A DNA stretch of 62,720 bases, taken from the NCBI GenBank assembly GCA_035548755.1, contig DASZSH010000088.1, forward strand, positions 1-62,720, written 5' to 3'. Under the pieces are notes generated by a model that saw only the letters and a list, made by a program, of their open reading frames with translations, searched no databases and had not been told where the DNA came from. The first letter of the stretch is position 1. Each line of letters opens with the position of its first letter. A program made the translations under genes and the position numbers. This document shows, piece after piece, positions 54,351-62,720 of the stretch. The stretch comes from Devosia sp. GTDB taxonomy: Bacteria; Pseudomonadota; Alphaproteobacteria; Rhizobiales; Devosiaceae.

Positions 54351-54376
54351 TCCCTTCCCACGAGCAGGACGGACCC

Positions 54377-55507
54377 GTGGCTGCCACCACCGATACGGTC
54401 GCCTCAGCCGATGCCCCGGACCTTTCGGCGCCGCGGCGCACGCTGCTGTTGCTCAGCCGGTTATGGGCCTGGTTCTTTCTGGCACTCATGATCCTGTTCT
54501 TCGTCGTGACTGTGCCGGTGTTCTCGGGCGGCATCAGCTTTCTGACGGTCCGGAATTCGCAGAACATCCTGATCGCCATCGTACCGGTGCTGCTGCTTGG
54601 GCTCGGGCAGACCTTCGTGATCATCTCGGCGGGCATCGACCTGTCGGTTGGCTGGGTCATGAGCCTGGCTTCGGTGCTTTCGGCGCTGGCGCTGCGCAAC
54701 AGCTATAACGCGGGCGTGCCGCTCCCTCTGGCCGTGATCCTTGGATTTGTCGCGGCCGCCGGCGCAGCGGGTGCAGTGGGCGCCATCAACGGCATCATCA
54801 TCGCCAAGCTCAAAGTGCCAGCCTTCATTGTAACGCTGGGCTCGTCGTTCATCGTGCGCGGGCTGGCGCTCCTGTGGAGCGAGAATACGACGGTGGTCGG
54901 CCTGCCCGACGGGGTGCGAAACTATGGCAACGAATCGCTGTTCTATATGATCCGCGGCGAGCACGGAGGCTTCTATGTCTTCGCCCCGCCGCCGCTGACG
55001 GGAGACATGCTCAGGCAGATGGACCGTATCCTGAGCTGGCCCGTGGTAGTGACCATCGTGGTGGTGGCGCTGGCGATGTTCCTGCTCCACCGCACCACCT
55101 TCGGGCGCTACACCTATGCCATCGGCGGCAATGCGCAGGCGGCGCTCAGGGCCGGCATTCCGGTCGATCGGCACATTATCAAGCTCTACTGCCTTTCCGC
55201 GGTTACGGCGGGGATTGGCGGCTTCCTCTCAATGCTGCAATTCACGGCGGGCTCGGCCTCGATCGGAGACCCGCTGCTGCTCTCGTCGATCGCGGCAGTG
55301 ATCATTGGCGGGGTATCGCTATTCGGCGGCGCGGGGACGGTGATCGGCACGGTGATCGGAGCTCTCATCATCGCGGTGCTGACGACCGGACTGGTGATGC
55401 TCAACGTGCCCGCGTTCTGGCAGTTTATCGTGGTGGGAGCGGTGGTGATTGTGGCAGTGCTGATCGATCAATCGCGCGATCTCATCGTCGGCCGGTACAA
55501 GGGATAG
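54377..55507 (+). CDS. Sugar ABC transporter permease (RbsC-like)
   Basis: GIDLSVG, FIVTLG, YAIGGN..AA..AGI, IAAVIIGG; start uncertain. Confidence 0.9.
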   Translation: MAATTDTVASADAPDLSAPRRTLLLLSRLWAWFFLALMILFFVVTVPVFSGGISFLTVRNSQNILIAIVPVLLLGLGQTFVIISAGIDLSVGWVMSLASVLSALALRNSYNAGVPLPLAVILGFVAAAGAAGAVGAINGIIIAKLKVPAFIVTLGSSFIVRGLALLWSENTTVVGLPDGVRNYGNESLFYMIRGEHGGFYVFAPPPLTGDMLRQMDRILSWPVVVTIVVVALAMFLLHRTTFGRYTYAIGGNAQAALRAGIPVDRHIIKLYCLSAVTAGIGGFLSMLQFTAGSASIGDPLLLSSIAAVIIGGVSLFGGAGTVIGTVIGALIIAVLTTGLVMLNVPAFWQFIVVGAVVIVAVLIDQSRDLIVGRYKG

Positions 55508-55510
55508 GCC

Positions 55511-56281
55511 ATGACGGAGCCGATCCTCAAGCTCAGCGGCATTGTCAAGCGCTTCGGCGGACTGACGGCGGTCAAGGGCGTGAGCCTCGAAATCATGCCG
55601 GGCGAGGTGGTGGCGCTGCTGGGCGACAACGGCGCGGGCAAATCGACGCTGATCAAATGCGTTTCGGGCGTGCACCCGCCGGAAGACGGCGAGATCGTGT
55701 TCGAGGGACAAAGGCGCGTGTTCGGCAAGCCGGTCGAGGCGCGAGCGGCAGGGATCGAGACGATCTATCAGGACCTGGCGCTTGCACAGAATCTCGACGT
55801 GCCGGCCAACATCTTTCTCGGCCGCGAGATGAAGCGCAAATATCTGGGCGGGCTCATCCAGACGACCGACGACAGGGCGATGATGCGCGAGGCGCGGGCG
55901 GGACTTGGCGCGCTCGATATCGTGTTTCCCTCGCTCGCCCAGCCGATCGAAAATCTGAGCGGCGGGCAGCGGCAAGCGGTGGCGATCGCGCGCGCCGTGT
56001 ACTGGAAGGCCAAGCTCATGATCATGGACGAGCCCACCAACAATCTGGGCGTGCCCGAGCAGCACAAGGTGCTCGAGCTCATCGGCAAGCTCAGAAGCCA
56101 GGGGACGCCCGTGATCCTCATAACCCACACCATGCCCGACGTGTTCGCGGTGGCCGACCGCATCATCGTGATGCATCGCGGGCGGAAGGTGGCCGAGAAG
56201 CGGACGGCCGAGACCAGCGCGGGCGAGCTGGTGCAGTATATGGTGGGGGCGCTCGACGACTACCGGCCGGCCGCGGCGTAA
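55511..56281 (+). CDS. Sugar ABC transporter ATP-binding protein (single domain)
   Basis: GDNGAGKST, LSGGQRQ, MDEPT. Confidence 0.92.
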   Translation: MTEPILKLSGIVKRFGGLTAVKGVSLEIMPGEVVALLGDNGAGKSTLIKCVSGVHPPEDGEIVFEGQRRVFGKPVEARAAGIETIYQDLALAQNLDVPANIFLGREMKRKYLGGLIQTTDDRAMMREARAGLGALDIVFPSLAQPIENLSGGQRQAVAIARAVYWKAKLMIMDEPTNNLGVPEQHKVLELIGKLRSQGTPVILITHTMPDVFAVADRIIVMHRGRKVAEKRTAETSAGELVQYMVGALDDYRPAAA

Positions 56282-56287
56282 CGGCCG

Positions 56288-56578
56288 CTAGAACGGCATC
56301 GGTGGACTCGAGGCGCCCGCGGCGGAGGCGGCGGCGAAGGTCTGCTGCATGCGCTGCTCAAGCTCGAGATTGCGCTGCAGCGCCGCGAGTTCGGCCTCAA
56401 GCTGCAACTGCCGGGCCCGCAGGAGCGTGCTATCGTGGAGCGCGGTGACGCGGCACAGCGTCAGCGCCGTCTGGTTCTGGACGTACCGGGTCGCGGCATC
56501 GTCTGGCAGATTGATGCAATCGGCGAGCGCCGCGGCCGGAAGGGCGGCAAGCAGAGCAGCGAGAAGGAATACGCGCAT
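56288..56578 (-). CDS. Small secreted hypothetical protein
   Basis: MRVFLLAALLAALPAAALA signal peptide, Cys pair, Gln-rich helix. Confidence 0.65.
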   Translation of the reverse strand: MRVFLLAALLAALPAAALADCINLPDDAATRYVQNQTALTLCRVTALHDSTLLRARQLQLEAELAALQRNLELEQRMQQTFAAASAAGASSPPMPF

Positions 56579-56665
56579 AGAGCGAATGTAGGTGCGCGCC
56601 GGGGGCTTTCCAACGGGCGCGAGATCGCGTCTGTTTGCACGGCCATTGCACCACGGGAGACGATC

Positions 56666-57388
56666 ATGACGGCAGCGAATGGGGAGACGGTGGAGATTGC
56701 GGAACCTCCCGCGCAATCGCCTGCGCGCCTCGCCGGCGTATTATTCCTTCTCACTTTCGTGACGGCCATCGTGCCTGTGGTCTGGTTTTATGGCCAGGTC
56801 CTGCATGACCCCCAATTCATCAGCAGCACCGGCAGCAACGCCATGCTGGGCCTTGGCGCCCTGTTCGAGCTGGCGCTGATCCTGGCCAATATCGGGACGG
56901 CAGTGGTGCTTTTCCCGACCCTCAGGATGCAGAACGAGGCGCTCGCGCTCGGCTATGTGGCGGCGCGACTGGTCGAATGCGGCTTCATTGCGATGGGGAT
57001 CGTCGCTCTCCTGGCGGTCGGCACGCTGCGCGGGGGCAACCAAGACCACGACACGCTGATCGTGGCGGGGCAGGCCCTCGTGGCCGTGCATGACTGGACG
57101 TTCCGACTGGGCCCCGGTGTCATCGTCGGCATCGGCAACGGCCTCATACTTGGCTGGCTGATGTGGCGGTCGCGACTGGTGCCGCGGATGCTGTCGATCC
57201 TGGGACTGGTGGGCGGTCCGCTGATCCTAGTCTCGGGCGCCGCCGTAGTGCTGGGCGCGATCGACGCCGGCGGGCTGTGGCAGGGCATCGCCACCATCCC
57301 CGAGTTCTTCTGGGAGCTGGGCCTCGGCCTGTGGCTCACAGTGAGAGGCTTCGACGCCAAGGCACTGTCGCAGCTTCCCGCCCGCTGA
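56666..57388 (+). CDS. DUF4386-like membrane protein
   Basis: ARLAGVLFL, LALGYVAARL.E, SRLVPR.L..LG, E..LGLWL.VRGF; GGAG SD. Confidence 0.75.
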   Translation: MTAANGETVEIAEPPAQSPARLAGVLFLLTFVTAIVPVVWFYGQVLHDPQFISSTGSNAMLGLGALFELALILANIGTAVVLFPTLRMQNEALALGYVAARLVECGFIAMGIVALLAVGTLRGGNQDHDTLIVAGQALVAVHDWTFRLGPGVIVGIGNGLILGWLMWRSRLVPRMLSILGLVGGPLILVSGAAVVLGAIDAGGLWQGIATIPEFFWELGLGLWLTVRGFDAKALSQLPAR

Positions 57389-57404
57389 CATCGTCCCGGG
57401 AGCT

Positions 57405-57440
57405 AATGAAACAGGGCCCGGGATCGCTCCCGGGCCCTGT
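57405..57440. terminator. Terminator between convergent DUF4386 and pnp genes
   Basis: ACAGGGCCCGGGA-TCGC-TCCCGGGCCCTGT, a perfect 13-bp stem, followed by TTCATT on the minus strand. Confidence 0.8.
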
Positions 57441-57460
57441 AACTTCGTTCCGGCGGCAGG

Positions 57461-59608
57461 CTATTCCGCAGGTTCAGCCGGCTGCTCGTCCTTCACGCGC
57501 TCCTTGCCGGTCTCCTGATCGACGACCTTCATGGAGAGACGCACCTTGCCGCGCTCGTCAAAGCCCAGAAGCTTGACCCAGACCTTGTCGCCTTCCTTGA
57601 CGACGTCGGTGGTCTTGCCGACGCGCTGGTCGGCGAGCTGGGAGATATGGACGAGGCCGTCGCGCGAGCCGAAGAAATTGACGAAGGCGCCGAAATCGGC
57701 GGTCTTGACCACGGTGCCCTGGTAGATCTCGCCCACCTCGGGTTCGTCGGTGATCGACTTGATCCACTTGACGGCGGCATCGATCTGCTTGCCATCGGAG
57801 GAGGCGATCTTGACCGTGCCGTCGTCCTCAATGTTGATCTTGGCGCCGGTCTTTTCCACGATCTCGCGGATCACCTTGCCACCGGTGCCGATCACTTCAC
57901 GGATCTTGTCGGTGGGGATCTTGATGGTCTCGATGCGCGGGGCGAACTCGCCCACCTCGCCGCGGGAGGCGGAAATCGCCTTGGCCATCTCGCCCAGGAT
58001 GTGCATGCGCCCTTCCTTGGCCTGGCCGAGCGCGATGCGCATGATCTCCTCGGTGATGCCGGCGATCTTGATGTCCATCTGCAGCGAGGTGACGCCGCTT
58101 TCGGTGCCGGCGACCTTGAAGTCCATGTCGCCCAGGTGATCTTCGTCGCCCAGGATGTCGGAGAGGACGGCGAATTTCTCGCCCTCGAGGATGAGGCCCA
58201 TGGCGATGCCCGCGACAGGCTTCTTCATGGGAACGCCCGCATCCATCAGCGAGAGCGAGGTGCCGCACACTGTCGCCATGGAGGACGAGCCGTTGGACTC
58301 GGTGATCTCGGAGACGACGCGGATGGTGTAGGGGAACTCCTCGGGCTTGGGCAGCAGCGGATGGATGGCCCGCCAGGCGAGCTTGCCGTGGCCGATCTCG
58401 CGGCGGCCGGGCGAGCCGAGGCGGCCGGCCTCGCCGACCGAATAGGGCGGGAAGTTGTAGTGAAGGAGGAAGGTTTCCTTCTTCGTGCCCTCGAGGCTGT
58501 CGACGAACTGCTCGTCGTCGCCGGTGCCCAGGGTGGCCACCACCAGCGCCTGAGTTTCGCCGCGGGTGAACAGGGCCGAACCGTGAGTACGCGGCAGGAC
58601 GCCAACCTCGGCGAGGATCGGACGCACCGTCTTGAGATCGCGGCCATCGATGCGATAGCCGGTATCGAGCACGTTCCAGCGCACGATCTTGGCCTGGAGA
58701 TTGTGGACGACCTCGCCCAAATCCTCGGCCGACACGAGGCCATCGGCGATGCGAGCGGCATAAGCCTCCTTCACCTTGGCGTTGGCGGCATCGACCGCGG
58801 CATAGCGCGCCTGCTTGTCGGTGATCCTGTAGGCGGCGCGCAGATCGGCTTCGATCAGCGCCAGGACGTCCTTTTCGAGATCGGAGTGGTCGGGAGGCGT
58901 GAACTCGCGCGGCTCCTTAGCGGCGAGCTCTGCGAGCTTGATGATCGCCTGGATGACCTTTTTGCTCTGCTCGTGGCCGAACATCACGGCGCCGAGCATA
59001 ACCTCCTCGGAGAGCTCCTGGGCCTCCGATTCGACCATCAACACCGCATCGGCGGTGCCAGCCATAACGAGATCGAGCTTGCTGTCGTCGCGCTTGTCGA
59101 TGGGCGTGTTGAGCACGTACTGACCATCGATGTAGCCGACGCGGGCGGCTCCCACCGGGCCCATGAAGGGCACGCCGGAAATGGTCAGGGCTGCGGAAGC
59201 CGCGACCATCGAGAGCACGTCGGGGTTGTTCTCCATATCGTGCTGGAGGACGGTGACAATGACCTGCGTCTCGTTCTTGTAGCCTTCGGGAAAGAGCGGA
59301 CGGATGGGCCGGTCGATAAGGCGCGAGATCAGGGTCTCAGCTTCGGTGGGACGGCCTTCTCGCTTGAAGTAGCCGCCGGGAATCTTGCCGGCCGCAAAGT
59401 ATTTCTCCTGGTAGTTGACCGTGAGGGGGAAGAAATCCTGGCCGGGCTTGGGCGTCTTGGCCGAAACGACCGTGGCCAGAACCACAGTCTCGCCGAGCGT
59501 TGCGAGCACGGCGCCATCGGCCTGGCGGGCGAGCTTTCCGGTTTCGAGCGTGAGCGGCTGGCCGCCCCAGTTGAGCTCGACTTTATGGTAATCGAAATTG
59601 ATGGGCAT
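57461..59608 (-). CDS. pnp: Polyribonucleotide nucleotidyltransferase (PNPase)
   Basis: [37 protein letters not shown] and S1 domains. Confidence 0.97.
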   Translation of the reverse strand: MPINFDYHKVELNWGGQPLTLETGKLARQADGAVLATLGETVVLATVVSAKTPKPGQDFFPLTVNYQEKYFAAGKIPGGYFKREGRPTEAETLISRLIDRPIRPLFPEGYKNETQVIVTVLQHDMENNPDVLSMVAASAALTISGVPFMGPVGAARVGYIDGQYVLNTPIDKRDDSKLDLVMAGTADAVLMVESEAQELSEEVMLGAVMFGHEQSKKVIQAIIKLAELAAKEPREFTPPDHSDLEKDVLALIEADLRAAYRITDKQARYAAVDAANAKVKEAYAARIADGLVSAEDLGEVVHNLQAKIVRWNVLDTGYRIDGRDLKTVRPILAEVGVLPRTHGSALFTRGETQALVVATLGTGDDEQFVDSLEGTKKETFLLHYNFPPYSVGEAGRLGSPGRREIGHGKLAWRAIHPLLPKPEEFPYTIRVVSEITESNGSSSMATVCGTSLSLMDAGVPMKKPVAGIAMGLILEGEKFAVLSDILGDEDHLGDMDFKVAGTESGVTSLQMDIKIAGITEEIMRIALGQAKEGRMHILGEMAKAISASRGEVGEFAPRIETIKIPTDKIREVIGTGGKVIREIVEKTGAKINIEDDGTVKIASSDGKQIDAAVKWIKSITDEPEVGEIYQGTVVKTADFGAFVNFFGSRDGLVHISQLADQRVGKTTDVVKEGDKVWVKLLGFDERGKVRLSMKVVDQETGKERVKDEQPAEPAE

Positions 59609-59935
59609 ATCTCATCTTTCCATTCTGCCGGAACGAGCGGGAACGCGGGGGGCGTAGTCGCCCCAGCGAACTCGTCCGGTGTGCCAGCCCACCAGCGCAC
59701 CCCATGTGCGGGCGGGCCCAAAATCGGCACGGTTCCGCCGGTGTTGCCGGGGTGTCAGTCCCCGGGCGGAACATGGACAAGACGATGAGCGGTTCGGTTG
59801 CTGAAGTGGTCGCAAGTCGCGCGACCCCAAGCCGCTTATGATCTCGCCATGCTCCGCGTAGTCCAGCCGGCCTACGCTTGCTTTGGCTCGGCCTGCGAGG
59901 CGTACCTCGCAAACCCGTCTGTGTCGTCCGATCGA
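59609..59935 (-). promoter_or_regulatory. Highly structured rpsO-pnp intergenic region / pnp leader
   Basis: Several hairpins, including a long imperfect stem pairing 59851-59832 with 59792-59772. Confidence 0.55.
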
Positions 59936-60205
59936 TCAGCGGCGGATGCCGAGCGAATCGATCAGCTTCTTGTACCGCGGCTCGTCGATGCGCTTGACAT
60001 AATCGAGCAGGCTGCGGCGGGTCTGCACCAGCTTCAACAGGCCGCGGCGCGAATGGTGATCCTTGCCGTGCGTCTTGAAGTGTTCGGTGAGGTTGTTGAT
60101 GCGCTCGGAGAGGATCGCAACCTGCACCTCGGGCGAACCGGTATCGCCCTTCTTGGTGGCATATTCCTTGATGAGCGCAGATTTGCGCTCCGGCGTAATC
60201 GACAT
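59936..60205 (-). CDS. rpsO: 30S ribosomal protein S15
   Basis: [22 protein letters not shown]. Confidence 0.98.
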   Translation of the reverse strand: MSITPERKSALIKEYATKKGDTGSPEVQVAILSERINNLTEHFKTHGKDHHSRRGLLKLVQTRRSLLDYVKRIDEPRYKKLIDSLGIRR

Positions 60206-60339
60206 CGGGCCATCCTTTCAAACTCAGAGGATTTGGGACGCCAGGGCCCCGGGATGTCGGCCAGGGCCGGCCGTGAAACGCCGGGCCAAAAGGGCTTCGG
60301 CGATGCGCGCATATAGGGGAAATGTGGCCGGAATGCCAG
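60206..60339 (-). promoter_or_regulatory. rpsO promoter and probable S15 autoregulatory leader
   Basis: CTGGCA-N17-CTATAT (60339-60311), then a leader of about 100 nt containing CTGGCCGACATCCCGG..GGCGTCCC..TCCTC..GAAAGGA. Confidence 0.6.
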
Positions 60340-60390
60340 CCCTTTCCCGAAAAACGGGGGGATTTCGGGGCCGGAGGCGGCGGGACCGGA

Positions 60391-62055
60391 TCAGGAAGCC
60401 GCCTTTTCGGCCTCTTCCGGGCCGCGGCTGGGATCGAGCGAGGACAGCGGGATGGCGAAGATCCATTCGATGCCGTCGGAGTGAACGATCCGCTCAACCT
60501 TGGCTCCCATAGACCGCCCGACCATGTTTTCGAGCACGGTGGTGCCGAAACCGCGCCGCTCGGTGGGCGGGGTGAAGGCGATGACGGTTTCGCGCCAGTT
60601 GAGCTCGAGGGCCTCTCCGCTCACATGCCATGTGACGGTCAGCCGGCCGCCATCCTTCTGGAAGGCGCCATATTTGACCGCATTGGTCGCAAGTTCATGG
60701 GCGGCCATGCCCAAAATCTGCGCCGCCTGGATATTGAGACGGACGGAGGGGCCGGTGAGCGTCATCCGGCCGGCATCTTCCGGCCGGAACGGGTCGAGCT
60801 GGCCCAGCAGCAGCTCGCGCAGATCCACCCCGACCACGCCGTTGGCAAGCAGCAGATCGGTCGAGCGGGCGAGCCCGAAGATGCGCCGCTCGAAGCTCTG
60901 CACGAACTCGGGAACCGAATCGGCGCCACGAGCCGTCTGCTTGGCCATGGCGGCGATCACCGTCATCTGGTTCTTGGAGCGATGCGCCAGCTCGCGCATG
61001 AGAAAGCGGACCTCGATCTCGGCCTGCTGGCGACGCCGGCTCGCCTCCTCGAGGGCATCGGAGACGGTGGCGATCTCGGAAATGGGGTAGTCCTTGGCGG
61101 TCACCGGCTGCCCGGTGCCCAGGCGCTTGGCGTCGTTTTCGAGACCGCGCACCGAGCGGCCGATCTGTAGGGTGACCCAATAGACGACGAGCACGACGAT
61201 TGCAGCGAGAAGCAGGCCGCCCACGGCGAGCGACCAGACCGCCTCCATCAGCGGCTGCGAGATGACGCTTGCGGGAGCCCAGGCGATCAGCGTCCAGCCG
61301 GTAAGCGGGGACTGGCGGACGGCAGCTCGATAGTTCTGATTGTTGGCCCTTAGTGTGACCAGCCCGAAGGTGGTGGAGAGCTGATCGACTCCCGCCAGGG
61401 CGAACCGGTCGCCGGTTTCGCCGCCGCCGGGGGTCGCAGCGATAATCGTGCCGGCGCCATCGATGATGGCGACATTCCAGCCCTCGGGCAGTTTGTCGGA
61501 GAGCAGGGCCGCCTCGAGCGAGGCCGCGTCGCGAGAGACTCCGATCACCAGGGGGGCGAGCTTTCCGCCCAGAACCGGGAACAGGACGTTGACGACCTCG
61601 GACTTCGAAATGCGCCCGTGGACGAGCCCGGAGACCACGACATCGCGGCTATCGAGAGCGCGCTGCGCGCTGGCCGGATCGCTGCTGAGCACGGGGGCCG
61701 CGCCAAATTCGCCGCGCGTCGAAAGGATGGAATAGAAGTTGCGATCGAGCAGATAGATGTAGGTATTGGTGCCGCCCAGGGCTGTCTTGACCTGATCGTA
61801 GAAGCCCCTGAGATCCCCCTGCGCAAGGGTAGGAGTTGTGGCCAGAACCTTGAGAGTAGAGATGTTGGCGTTCACCTCGCGGTCGACCGCCTGCATGATC
61901 GAGCGGGCGGAGCCGGTGATGAGAGTTTCGACCACGCGCTCCTGCGCCTCGTTGTTGCGCTGGAGCAGCACGGCCGAGAAGGCGAAGGCCGGAACCAGCG
62001 CCACCAGCGCCAGAACGAAGAGATAGATCGCGATCGACCGCGGCCGCCGGACCAC
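60391..62055 (-). CDS. Membrane-bound HWE-family sensor histidine kinase
   Basis: Two TM helices with a periplasmic Cache-like region, ELAHRSKN, HELATNAVKYG, WRE, GFG; start uncertain (62055 to 62175). Confidence 0.88.
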   Translation of the reverse strand: MVRRPRSIAIYLFVLALVALVPAFAFSAVLLQRNNEAQERVVETLITGSARSIMQAVDREVNANISTLKVLATTPTLAQGDLRGFYDQVKTALGGTNTYIYLLDRNFYSILSTRGEFGAAPVLSSDPASAQRALDSRDVVVSGLVHGRISKSEVVNVLFPVLGGKLAPLVIGVSRDAASLEAALLSDKLPEGWNVAIIDGAGTIIAATPGGGETGDRFALAGVDQLSTTFGLVTLRANNQNYRAAVRQSPLTGWTLIAWAPASVISQPLMEAVWSLAVGGLLLAAIVVLVVYWVTLQIGRSVRGLENDAKRLGTGQPVTAKDYPISEIATVSDALEEASRRRQQAEIEVRFLMRELAHRSKNQMTVIAAMAKQTARGADSVPEFVQSFERRIFGLARSTDLLLANGVVGVDLRELLLGQLDPFRPEDAGRMTLTGPSVRLNIQAAQILGMAAHELATNAVKYGAFQKDGGRLTVTWHVSGEALELNWRETVIAFTPPTERRGFGTTVLENMVGRSMGAKVERIVHSDGIEWIFAIPLSSLDPSRGPEEAEKAAS

Positions 62056-62240
62056 AGTCGACGGGGCCGGGTCGGGTGGTGGGGGGCTGGACGCCAAAGC
62101 GAGCGGACTCCGCGGAGGGCAAAGCATAATCGGGGTAACGCCCGGCGTCACGTCGACCGCAGTCACCCCGGACAACTAGATGCGCGAAGGCCCGGTTTGG
62201 TTCCACGGGGACAGGCTTTTTGAGCGCGCTTGCGGGGGAG

Positions 62241-62720
62241 TCAGCTCAGAAGCACGCGCGAGGGCTCGAAATGGCCGGCCGCGACCGAACCGATCGCCAC
62301 GGCCCGGCCGTCAAGGCTTGCCCAGGCCTCGGGCAGGGCAATCGGCGCATCCCGGCCGCGCAGAAGCACGCGGCCGCCATTGCGGATGACGGCAGCATCC
62401 TCGCGGCTGATGCGCAGTTCGGCCACGCCCGAAAGAGCCAGCTCGACCGGCCGGAGCAGGCGATCGGGATTGGCGGCCGCTTCGAGATCGGCGAGTGGAA
62501 TGGCATCCCTTTCGGTGAGGGGACCGACGGCCGTGCGGCGAAGCACGGCCACATGGCCGCGGGTGCCCAGGGCCTCGGCAAGGTCGCGCGCCAGGGCACG
62601 GACATACGTGCCCTTCTCGCAGACCAGCTCGAAATCGGAGCGCTGGGCGGAATGCGATAGCAGGCGCAGCGCGTCGATGGCCACGGGACGCGGCGCGAGC
62701 TCGACCGTTTCGCCCGCGCG
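62241..62720 (-). CDS. truB: tRNA pseudouridine(55) synthase, C-terminal part (5' end outside window)
   Basis: CEKGTYVRALARDL...GHVAVLRRTAVGP; upstream of rpsO. Confidence 0.92.
   Translation of the reverse strand, partial: RAGETVELAPRPVAIDALRLLSHSAQRSDFELVCEKGTYVRALARDLAEALGTRGHVAVLRRTAVGPLTERDAIPLADLEAAANPDRLLRPVELALSGVAELRISREDAAVIRNGGRVLLRGRDAPIALPEAWASLDGRAVAIGSVAAGHFEPSRVLLS

Noticed and set aside
62170-62210. EcfG/RpoE2-type promoter (GGAAC...GTT) upstream of the HWE kinase
   Set aside because: GGAAC is present, but the nearest GTT is 23 nt away, too far for the consensus spacing.

Overview
A high-GC, gene-dense stretch of core chromosome from an alphaproteobacterium. Gene order and promoter style point to Hyphomicrobiales/Rhizobiales, possibly Devosia-like (inference). 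It carries the TCA cluster (zapE-mdh-sucC-orf-sucD-sucA-sucB-SDR-lpdA), asd, leuD/leuB, PBP1A, the rpsT-dnaA-dnaN-recF-gyrB block, mutM/ubiE/ubiB/dut/moeB, fabA/fabB/irr, an ECF42-type sigma with its DGPF (YciI) partner, a diguanylate cyclase, a sugar ABC transporter and truB-HWE kinase-rpsO-pnp. I saw no rRNA, tRNA, CRISPR array, prophage or intact IS. The most interesting signals are small and absent from the ORF track. (1) A promoter plus a 16-codon leader peptide (MTIGSFRLKRGVSATL, containing the R-L-K macrolide-arrest motif) sits in front of an ABC exporter. (2) A 36-codon uORF ending in KTKTSKTS is followed by mutually exclusive hairpins in front of asd, a candidate Lys/Thr-sensing attenuator. 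Also present are a decayed BrnT/BrnA toxin-antitoxin relic, an apparently catalytically dead HNH-like protein, tandem perfect palindromes upstream of lldD, and a probable CTG start codon. All family calls come from motif recognition by eye; no database search was run.
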